A stretch of 64,000 nt of DNA from Podarcis erhardii (Eukaryota): the NCBI GenBank assembly GCA_964252035.1, contig OZ176205.1; one strand, written 5' to 3'. Below, one piece after another: positions 12,524-24,500 of the stretch. The position numbers and the translations under genes were made by a program. Under the pieces are notes generated by a model. That model searched no databases, was not told the origin of the DNA, and saw only the letters and a list, made by a program, of their open reading frames with translations. Numbering within the stretch: position 1 is the stretch's first letter; each line of letters begins with the position of its first letter.

Positions 12524-15500
12524 CATGCACAGAAGCAATACACTACACATCACATGCACGTTTCACGTTGCTTCCTACATGGAAATGCCTTCTGGGTAGA
12601 AAAAGCATGTTTTTGTGTAGCAACTCTGATCACACCAGTTATACTCTTCAGTTCCCAATTGGTTAAGGAGCCATATGAATAGAATAAAAAACAACAGGAC
12701 AGCAGCCATACAGTATGTCAGTAATATGATTAAATTTTTCTGAAGACAGATGCCAAACTTCCACATCAGCAACTGTGATCCTGTAACTCAGCCCTGAAAT
12801 GAGTAAGATTTAAATGCAGGGAAAAGAGATAATGGAACACAAAATTTATACTTACACTGGTCATAAACTTTGGGTCTATACTCTCCGCCAAAGCATTCAT
12901 ACTCCAAAGTTTCATCATTCAACTCAAATTCTTCAACAACTGTGTCATTGAATTTGAACCATTTTCCTTTTCCACATCCCCTGTTGGTAACACACAGAAA
13001 CACAAGCCATGTTCACTGTCAAAGATGATGGCTTAAAAATCTCAAAAAAGTTTTCTAATAGCTTTCCAATTCTCATGGCTACCAAAGAGATAATCTGCAT
13101 TGAGAATGATTTCATGTTAAAATCAAATATGGAACAAAACAGATCTGAATTTAAAGGGATCAGAAATCACAGCAAGATGGCAGACACATTCACCACCGGT
13201 CTGTTTCATACAATGATTCAAACTTTATAAAGATCATCCCTCCTGTCACACACATCCTTTGAAAGGAAGATTCTGGTTTTGTTTTAAGCCAGAGCTACCC
13301 CATTACATTTGCAAAAACTTTCAAGCATACTGACATACTTTCATACAGAGCTTTAAAAAGTGCTATACAAAAATTATGCATTTGCCAATAGAGTTTGCAG
13401 GTTTAACACTGTATGGTCTTAGCTGCCTTAAAGTATTCAAGCAAAGAACTATTAGAGCCCATCCAGAGCAGACTTTTTCCTTACCTTCTATCTTTGATAA
13501 AGGAATAGTAGTGCCCTGCATGGGCCTGACCGCTGTGCACTATCACCCCAACCAGCTCATAGTTTTCTGTAGGGGCCACTTTCTTCCGTGGGGATCCTGC
13601 ACCTCCCTGATCGACATGTCGCCCATTGTCTCCAACTTCCGAGGAAGAATCTTGCCGGGCCATTCCTGAAACTGTATAGGGTTCCATGTTCAGCATCCAG
13701 GGGAACTGTTTGAAAGGAAACACTTCCGATTAAATTTAAACCTGAGCCCTATTACTTGTTTATAAACCTCCTGTAATTACCTAAAACACAGGGCGCCTAA
13801 CCTTTAAAGGTTGAACACAGGAAATAGTTTATGGGATGCAGAGAGTCATAGAGCAAACCAGAAGCTTTGTCTGTTTTTCCAGGACTCAGCATGGAAAAAC
13901 AGCATTGATTTTTTTCCAGAGAGGAAGATTATGGACTTCAGCTCAGAAAGCAAGTCACAATCACTTCTTCTGAAACTCTGCAAGCACCATTAGTAGTTAG
14001 GGCAGGTAATGTCAAAGGCCTATCAGAGGGACGGAGATACACCATGGGCAACATGCATACTTGGAACAGAATAAATAATGGTGAGAAGTAAAGATTCCAT
14101 TCCATTCCTTTAGAGAAATAAAGAGCAGCTGCGCATACCTTTATCTGTTCATCGTACTTAATGGAGCGTCCACTTTCCCAATCAAATCCAAATCTCATGA
14201 GGTGGATCACCAACAAGCTAGGCAGAGCTTTAATGCATGTCCGCTTTACTGTAGTTCTCTTAAAAATAGAAGAGAGTCACCTCCAGCTACTCATTTTAGC
14301 ATCAGGGAATGCATACTTCCTGCTCACTGTAGAGAAGTTTTCTTACAATTATGGATTTAGGTTGATAGAATCAAAGAGCAGGAAAACTATTTTCTAAAGA
14401 CTAACTACTAATTCCTTATCAAATCATTTACAACACGTCTTTTCTCAAAGGCAAAAACTTTCAAACATACAAATATTTTGTCTCTGCTTTGCCTAGGACA
14501 CCAATATTCTGAAGTGACACCCCCCCAATATATATATATACTACCCCAGTAGTATATATACTACCCCCAGTATATACTACCCCCAGTAGTATATATACTA
14601 CCCCCAGTATATACTACCCCCAGCGCAGAATATCAATGTGATAAAAACAAGAACACATTAAACTTGAGGGCTTGGACTAGACTCATTCTCCAGATCTCTA
14701 AGTGTACTAACACACCCTGGGTTGTCTCTCCCTTAGAATATCACAGTTAAAATACCTAACTGTCACCAGGGGAGGGGGAGAAGCATTACCTTTTCTTTAC
14801 ATTTCTCACAGTAATATGCATTACTTCCTTCCAGGATTTCTCCTCTAACAAACTGATCCAATGAAATTTCCAGGCTTTGACATGAAGTGACTCCTAGATT
14901 GAGAGCCATAAAGGCTTCCTCTCGTTCGTATCTACACCAAATTGGATAATGAAAAAGGGTTAGCCTGCAATACTACCAACTCTATTGTTTCATGGTTTAA
15001 GAGATGTCTCTTTTTGGCAATATCTTTAACAGTCAAACCCACTGCAGACATGAGGCTTATCATCTCCTTTGATGGTTTACAGAGCAATCTTAAGTGTAGA
15101 AAAATCTTAATTTACACTGGCTTAAGTTAAGCCTATTTCCAGCTCTATGAAGGAAGAATATGATTCACACCACCCATTTTGCTGGCTAAGTTCTGCCGGG
15201 TTGTGAGGCCACATGACTTAACTCCAAGGGGTTTGGAAAAGGTCTAAGTCTCTCCTTGCCCTGTTCCACCTCTGCCAGGCCCTCAGGATGCCTCCCTTTT
15301 TTGAGACTTCTGTTGGCAACCCTCTGGCTCAGACACGGTGAAAGACTTCTGCCAGCATATCCCCAGCTGAGGAAGCCCCAAATCTGCCAGAACCAAACCC
15401 ATTCATCCCAGAGGATCTTGAGTTTGGATTGTGCTGTAAGACGGCAGGCTATAGACTCATGGCTCCATCCCATTCTCCCTGCAATTTCAATCCTGGTGAG

Positions 15501-18500
15501 GGTTTGCTGCTTAAAAACTAACCATGGTTACTATTTATGAAGAATTAAGAAGTAGTATAATTACAGATTACAGAGGCTTGGGGGTGTCATACAGGATAGG
15601 GGAGGCGGGTGCCACAGAAACAGATCTATGGCAGCCTTCCTTCACCTGGCAGCCTCCAGAGGTTTTGGATTCCAAATCCCATCAGGCCCACTCAACATGG
15701 CCAATGATCAGGGATGATGTGAGTTGTAGCCCAAAACACCTGGAAGGCACTAGGTTGGGAAAGGGGTAGGAAAGAGACTTCCCAGTCAGACACCATCTGC
15801 TGAGAACATGTTTTCCGTATTTGCAACTAAGCTGATGTGTTTTATTTCTACTTTTAGAAATGAAGAATTGGCAACGGCTCGTATAAACCCTAACCTATGA
15901 TAATTATAAAGGCTTGAGAAATTAATTTAGAAATCTAATGTAATGTGTTGACTGAGAAGCGATCGGGCTCCTCTTCCGCATAATCCAGGGAAGGGAGGAT
16001 AGAAATGGTTGAGCCTTGAAAGAGCTCTGTGCTGTTGCAGAGCAGGCAGGGTTAGGACTGGGTAGGCCATATCCCATGGAATGATGAAAGCTGCCGAATG
16101 ACTGACATGGCCCTGCCTGTGGAAAGGAGAATTCCATGCCTGAATCATGCTAATCTGCAAGAGAAAAAGTTGAGGGGAGAAATTGGCAGTGTACTTATCA
16201 AGAGCTTTTTCTCCTTTAAAATGAAGTCACTGAATGGCACTAAACAAAGATGAAAATCAAGTACTTCCAGTAGTTCCAGTAGTTAACATTAAGAGTTCTT
16301 TTTTCCAAGTAGGCTACCCGTAACTAGGAATAACCTAGTGAAAATTCACCCACCTATGAGGACAGTCCTTGCAGATTTTCTGATCAGAGTAGATTCCCTG
16401 GAAAGTGTTCTTAAATATTTGGTCTCGTCCTATTTTCTGTAAGAGATAAAAAAATGCTAATAGCAATGGGCTTATACATGAAGCGGCTGTTAATGAAAAG
16501 AATTGCTGTGTAATTATAACACCATAACAAACATAAAAATAACCTTGAGGTATTCATCCATCTGATCTATAAGACTTGTGAAGAACTCATAAGCATCTTG
16601 TTGTTCACGCACATAGAGCTCCTTGTTCCACATCTTGAAGATCTAAAATATAAAATGTATTCCACAGAGTCACTGCTTTAAGATACTGAGACTCTTAAGG
16701 AAAGCAGCAGATGCATCTTAGTTCCCTGGAAAAAGCTTGCCTCCTAGTGGAAGGAGAGGAGAACATGCCAGTGATCTGCACCACTGGATTGTGACCAATA
16801 GGGAGAACTATATATTACAGTTGCACCTTGGAAGTTGAACGGAATCAGTTCCGGAAGTCCATTCGACTTCCAAAACATTCGAAAACCAAAGCACGACTTC
16901 TGATTGGCTGCAGGAAGCTCCTGCAGCCAATCAGAAGCTGTGGAAGCCCTGTTGGATGTTCAGCTTCCAAAAATAGTTTGCAAACCGGAACCGTCGCTTC
17001 CAGGTTTGCGGCATTTGGGAGCCAAAACATTTGAGAACTAAGCTGTTCGAAAACCAAGGTAAGACTGTATATTCAAACAGGTAAGAGCCCTTTTGTATTG
17101 CTGCATTTCAGTAGGTTTAGACCTTAATCTACATGTTAAAATTGGGGGTGGGGAGAATTACCTTCCAGAAATTTTCAGGTATGTAATACTGCAGCTTGCT
17201 CTCCATTAAGTGACCAAAGAGTGACTGAACTTGATAGAACACATTGTCATCGGGATTGTCCATGTCATCGTCAATCGAAAGCAATGCCTTTGGAAACAAT
17301 TGGCAAGGAAAGTTATTGAAAATGCATCACACTGAGGAACAGTTCAGTTTCGTCAGGAGTTGGTAAGAGCAGTAACCAAGGTACTTAATATTAATATTCA
17401 ACATACTCAAAGCTTCCTTATTAGCTATTCCCACCTTCAACAAGCATACTGGTTAGGAAGATGGAAGGGACGAAGAGTAGGGCCACATGGCTGGCCTCAC
17501 TGAGAGGCTTCTCACCAAACTGCACTACCTCAAAGGACTGGAAATCATTCTGTCCCCTTAAAGGAACAATAAGGAGGAGAGATCACAAGGCTCCCGTATC
17601 TGTCCTCCAAGCAAAGCAGAGCAAGAGCCTGGGCTTCAAATGCCCATGTGCTCCAACTATGGCCCAGGTGGGCCCAGAGGTATTCTTCAAAGGAAGGGGA
17701 AAGAGGGCGAGCAAGCTCCAGCTCTGTGTTTAGCCTCCAAACCTTTTCAGAGAAGAAAAGGAATCCTGCTGCTGTCTGGGAGGCTTGGGGATGATGGACC
17801 AATTGTGTGTGTGCTTCTCCTGTTGTTTTGTTTTTGGTGCTTGTGTTTGTGTGCAATTTGCTTTTGTTGTTTGGGGCTGGGTGTTCTCCTTGCTTTTAAT
17901 TATTTCCAAAGTTATGCTTTTTGTCACTGCTGGGGTATGCGTGTTTTGCCTGGTTTTTACTGTGTTTATTTTGTGATGTATGTGTTTTTCTGGGGATGCT
18001 GCATGTTTGTTTTGTCTGTATTTTGTCATCTACACAAGTGTTTTGCCTGTGTGAGCGTCAACAGTTTTTATTCTGTGACATGCGCATTTTATGGTGTCCC
18101 AGAAAGTTTTGGATTTCTAAATGTGCCTGAGCCAAAACCCTACCACCAAGGTTAGAGATCCCCTCATTTACTACATATAAATCTCAGCCTTGTAATTTCT
18201 GAACTAGGTAGTTTTCGATTTACCTCAGAGTTGTGGCCCATTTTCATGATTCAGCACTCCTTCCTTCCCAGAGTCCATACTATATGTGTGAAGTTAACAG
18301 GCATCCCAAAAGAATTTGCTTTAAGAACAGTAAATAAAGATTACCTCGGGAAGTCCTGGCTGCATATAGAGCTGTTGGAAGACGGCATTCATGTAGCATG
18401 TTGCACCTCCATTTTTTAACCCCACAAATCCTGAAATGGATCGACCGTCTACAGGTGGGAGATACTGGAAGAAAGGGAGGCAGAGAGCAGAAATTTGTAG

Positions 18501-21500
18501 CAAAGAAGATTTAAAGCATTAATGGATATATTTTTTAAAAAAACTGAATATCCAAGAGACTTTCCAAAAGTATTCATTATGGTCCCTTCCAATGCTACAA
18601 TTCTATGACTCTCATTATTTAATCCATTCTGAAGATCTGACATTTAGATTCATATATACATAGCTGGAGTGAAAAAATTTACTTCCATTGAAGTAACCCA
18701 CTTACATCAAATTCCTTGGAAAGAGCTGGATCAAGCTGGTGATGCATAGAGAGCAGCTCTTTTGTAATAAGCTGTAGATTTGAGGGCGAGCTATTTGCCA
18801 GCATCACCAGCACTTCATATGCTGCTAATCGGCTATTCACTGTACTGCACCTAGAAGGGAGCAAAAAGAATCTGTTCGTACTGCATATTCAGTTTTCATA
18901 CTAGCAAGATATATCAAATGACCTACTTCCAATAGTTGCCACAGGGAATCCAAGTAAAGTTTAATGCCCATCTGTGCAGTCCAATTTTAAAACCATTCAG
19001 GGCATTTTTATTTCCCGGACCAGTGGATGTTATTTATTTTGCAGAGGAAGGCAAGGAATAAAAAAAGTCTGTGAGCTTATCATTCCCCCCTAAAGAAGGG
19101 CTGGTTCCGGGATGTAAATAAAATGACACTTAAGCAGAAAAGTACTTAGATTTCTGCATAAAATCCCAAGCTCAGTGGCTAAGTTAAGTTACACCCATAA
19201 GAGAAATTTACGAAAACAGTTAACCCGATTTCTTTGTTTCTGGGTATGGCATTCAACATTTTGAGGGAATTATGGACTGTGATAATGCACGGGTTAGTTA
19301 CACCGGCCCTATGGTCCAATAAATTGTTCAGATGCCTTTGTGCTTCTGAAAGAGGGATTGAGCTTTGCTTTTTAAAACAACTGAGCCCTTTGGATTTTGT
19401 AATGGACCAACTATAGCCATTCAAGTTATGCACAGTAAAAATAAATAGTTCTGGAAGAGCATTTACAATATTGCTTAATAATCTTCAAGAATTTGAAATG
19501 TGATTCTCCACAGATATGGAACATCATGTTCTAAAAATGTAATAAAGGACATGAGAGCAATATAGATGATTTATAATTGAGTAGTATTTCAATATGTTTC
19601 TTAATAGCCCCTCTCAGGAACCACATTTATTCTCAGTTATTTAATTTCTCGGCACACTCAAGCACTGCTTATGAAGTTTAATGTCTTTTTTTAAAAAAAG
19701 GAAATTGTTCCATTCTGCACAAAGCTGATTGACTATTCAAGAATGGTAGATCCAAGCCCTCTGTGCTTCTTTCTTTAATACAACAAAAGTCCTCATGCAC
19801 TCTTTACTTTGGATGAAAGTCTTGCTGAGTGGCAGCCACACTGCCAGCTGGAGAATGGCTGTTCAGAATAATCCTAGATGCTCGGAAGAGGAAGTCATCT
19901 AGTAATGGTTTGATCAAAGACGAACCTATAAAGGGAATAACATTATGTTCAATGTTGACTGTTACAGGATTTATAATAAATGATCATGCAAGAAAAAGGT
20001 GTCCAGTGAGGGATCATGCTTTTCCTATCATCTCCACTTAAACAGGTCATAGGAAGCACAGCTGAGAAAGGTCTTACTGGATAACAGCTGCCAGCGTCAG
20101 AACAGATAGCTTCAGCTTGGCGGAACACAAGCCGGACTATAGAAGCTTTCACTGTATTTAAAGAGCACCACCACCAGAGTTTCCCTTCCCTTTACTAAAA
20201 CAACTAAGCAATGATTATCAAATGGCATCACATGCTGTTCCTGTTTTATTGTAAGCTACACATATAGCTATCCTCACCCCAGAGAACTGTTATTTTTGTT
20301 CTAATTGTCTAGTTTATGACCAAAGCACTACAAATCAAATGTGGAAAACAGCAAATAATTTTCATTTAAGACCACTGCTATTTGAAGTATGTTCTAAGCA
20401 GGCAGGAAAGTGAGACAACCTCTGCTCCCTCAGGTCTTAGCCTAAGAGATAGTTGTTCATATTGCCAAATTTGCTGCATTTGCTTATTTGCCTGAAAGCT
20501 TAAGCCTTGCTCCACAAAGAAAGTGAAGAACCATTCTCTTTCCACTGTGAAAATTAGAACTCTTGTTGCCCATGGCAACCAGATGCAAGCAGCCTGACCT
20601 GACAAATTAGGAATTCTGGTGACCTGAAGCCTGAGCGATCTCAGCAGAGAGGAAGAAATCGCTAGGTTTAACATTGTAATGACACAACTAAGCACTGAAA
20701 GCAAGTTACCTAGCATTTCCTTCTCTGTTCCGCAAAGTGACAGGAGGGTCTTAATGAGCCTCAAATGTCCCGCCAACAACACATTGTCAGCTTCACTGGT
20801 TTCACATTCAGCTGCACGGGTAGGTTCAAAGTTATCCAACCACGTGATCTCATCCTCCAACATAGCAGCTGGGCTAATCTTTAGTTGTTCCATTTCTGAA
20901 GCTAGGGAAGAAAAACCACATGGGTTAAGCCTACAGAACAGATGGACAAACTTAGGTTAACATTTTGTTTCATATAAAAGATATTATTTAGCTTAAAATG
21001 AACACAGAATTACTTTTTGGAAATGAAACGTCAAGACACAGGTAAATGTTCCTTTTTTTTTTTAATAGTTATTATGAAGGCGAATAGCATTTTTTTCGCT
21101 CTTCTGCCTTTCTATCACTTGCTCATACTCCTACATACATCCCCTAGTGGCAAAGAACATGAGAGCATTATCCTGCCCACTTTTCCTAGTTCTATAAAAC
21201 AATGTGAAAAAAGCCAAAGTAGCTCTTGTATGTTATTTCCATCCACAAGAAAGTGGAACACTATGGTAGTTGTAGTGTGTAGTTCCTTATGGTCTTGAAA
21301 AGGTAGGAAATGGTAATAATAATACTTTTATTATTTATACCCTGCCCATCTGGCTGGGGTAGCACTGCTACCCAGCTGTGTGCTCAAAGTCAACTACTAA
21401 TCACTTGAGACAATTAGACTGCACACTAAAACTAAAGAGAAGACCCAGGCAAACAGTTCATGAGAGAGGCAGATGATCTCTCACTTGACCTCTGAAACAG

Positions 21501-24500
21501 TGTTTTTAGCCCATGCAAACACAGTCCTGCACAAGGACACAAATAATGGAGGAAGGATAAGAACCCAAGAGAAACACATTTCTCTCTCTCCATAAGCGCA
21601 ATCAATATTAATACTTGACTCAACTTCGATGGCACTGTTTACCATGTGGATACGGGACATTTTCTTATGGTACATTAAGTTTCAAGCAGTTTTGATTCCT
21701 ATTACTTACATGTGAGATCATCCAATAACTGGCATCTAAGGTCAAAGTACTCTGTACACTGGGACAAAAGCCTAAAAGCAAATTCAGGCAATTAATACTG
21801 GGGGGGGGGGGATTTCAGAAGCATGTAAAATATTTACAGAAACCTTTACTTTTCTGGGTACCATGTACACATGCAAGATGTTTATTCAGACCTAGCCAAC
21901 ATGTTGCCTTACATTCTATGCTATAAAACCAAGGTTTGCTTTTATTTTAAGTTCACAGTTGTGAATTGTTTGTAATGATGATCATCATTCATCCCAGAAT
22001 AATATGCTGAAATGCTATCAGCTTAAAATCCCCTTCTTTGAAAGCAGATCTAGGATTTGGTGTTCATATTTAATGTTTAACTTTTAAAGCAAACATTGCT
22101 GCACATTCAACATCATGGATGCTTATTTTCTTATTGGAAATCTAATGGTAACAGGAAGAAGACTGAAATTTTGTTATTGGCATGCATGTAATTTTTAAAC
22201 AGCACAAAAAACCCCCACAGCACTATTGGCTTTTTGTGCATTTACTATGATCAACAAATCTAAAAGTAAGTTAGCATAGTATGCTGGCTGATGCTACTGC
22301 CTCCAGAAGTTTATCCTCTCTTTGTACTGGGTAGATTGTGGTTCAGTGTTGCATTATGATTCAGTAACTTCCTGGCTATCCAATTCCTATTCAAGCAACC
22401 ACAGGGGAAATCATAACTTCTCAGTTCACTTCTAGCACTCTTCCCCCCCCGTTTCACAAGTTTTTACTGCACTTGTCTTAAATAAGCATTTAAGACAAAT
22501 GCTTATTTTTAATTCTTACATTCTCTATTGAACAAACATGCCTCCAACTTGCCTCTGGTTGACGCCTCTCATGATGCTGGTAGGTGACCAGAGCGGCAGC
22601 TGAGCAGTAAGGACGACACTCAAAAGAAATTGGTTTGGTTTTTGTATATCAGGGTGAGCTGATGTGTCTGTCTGACTGAGGGTATACAATTGGTCACAGG
22701 CCACGCGACGAATCTGGAACAGGGCAGAAGCACACATCAGATCACAAAACCTAATACCACTGTCTTAGAAAACTCTTAAAACACCCAAGTTACTATCATA
22801 ATTTGTCCAAGCTAGCTGAGACAGACAAGCATATAAGGAACAGAAGTGACCATGCAGGCTCTTTCTCGAGTGGGCACTAGGACAGCACCAAGTGGTTGTC
22901 ATCCTCCAATTGCTCACTTGAGGCAGGAAAAAATGTCATCAATCCACTGCTGCTTTTGAGGCAAATCTTAGTTTCAGTTTTAAACTGGCACATCTGTATA
23001 AAGTATGATAAAAATGCTTAATTCCCATATGTCCAGTCCTCTAAAGAACACAGCTTTCTCATCCTAGGAACTTCTTTGCTTGAAAGTCAGTGGCATATCC
23101 TAAGTAACTTCATCTGTAGCAAATGTTTTTCAACTGCCACTGGCACGAGCACTTGGTCCATGCAGAACATGCCCTGCTCTCTGCAAGAGAACTGCTCTGA
23201 ATATAAATGCAAGCACCTTACCTCTGCACTTGGCGAGCCAAGTAGTATGTCTATGATAAAGTCAGCAACACAAGGGAGGTTGTAAAAAGATCCTAAGAAA
23301 AACACAATGTGGATTGTCACAATTTCTTTCGTGAGAAAGCACTACAGTACTTAATACTCCTAATATTAAAATATCATTGGGAAAATCTAATAGATTAGCA
23401 TTATATGGCGTTACAGTAAAATGCGGGTGCCAGATATAAGCAGAGGTTGAGAGAAAGTGAAAACAGAGTTAGATGGTAACAAATTGGGACTGGGTCTTTG
23501 TGGCTCAATTGTATGTACGGTCAGGAAACAACAGAAAAGCTTCGTCCACTTCTCTCAAACCTACCTAGCTGCTGACTGCGGAGCTGTAGGCATGTAACTA
23601 AGAGAGACAAGGCCTCTCCTGCAATCAGTGCATCTTTGGTGGATACAGAATGCTGCCTCACACAGATCCCAGCATGCAGAGCTGTTGGTTCTCCTTCACT
23701 TCCTGAACTGCAATTGCTTCCTGCAATATGTTAACAAGTGACAAAAGATTAAAGGAAGTGTAAATCTCTCAAGTTAGGAATGAACAGCTACAGTTGTGAT
23801 AAAGTCTTATGAGCAACACAGAGCTGAGGTCATTGCCAAATCTCAGCTGTTTCAATTCTGTTAAGTCAGTGGCGTACCTGAGCTGCTAAGACGGTTACGA
23901 ATGCCAACAGGGAACAGCGTGTTGCTTTCTTTGATCGGCTGACTGCTTCCCACCAGGTCAAGCCGCCCTGCAGCAGCCGCCCATGAGAGTCGCATAAAAC
24001 AAGCAACTGTGGAAGTGAAGTCATTTGCTTCCATTGTCTGGGGTTAGGAAAAAAAAGAATTCTTGTTCAAGATACCAATGTGTTAGGCCAGAAAAGCACT
24101 TACAGGTGACACCAAATCCAAGGAACATAGTTGGAAACAGGAGAAAAACTCTGGTTTTCTGGCAGAGTGCCATTTTTTTAAAAAGGTACAAAAATTCTGC
24201 AGAGCGGATGTTTGAGCTCTGCCTTTAGCAGGGCTACTGCTGCCACATTAGACCTACTTACTTGGATTGCAACCCGCGCAGCAGGAATGATCTCCTCCAC
24301 TCTGATAGAGGACCTGTCTGACACAGACAGCTGGCGATAAGAGGACTTCTCTGGGGTTCCACACATTGACATCTGCCTGGTAGTCTGCCGGCTCACATTA
24401 CGGAATGGGCGTGATGAAAGTGTTTCCACTCCATGTTTAACAATATCGTCATCAAGAAAGGTAGGCATGGTTTGCCCAACAAGCAAAAACCTAAACATAA

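Noticed and set aside
17545-18155. Cluster of Cys/Val/Phe-rich and Thr/Lys/Gln-rich ORFs resembling membrane peptides
   Set aside because: Product of T/G-skewed low-complexity repeat DNA; no splice or domain support.
20378-20709. 171-aa ORF extending exon 39 far into the intron
   Set aside because: Similarity to USP24 stops at a good GTAACT donor (20709); the rest is chance read-through.
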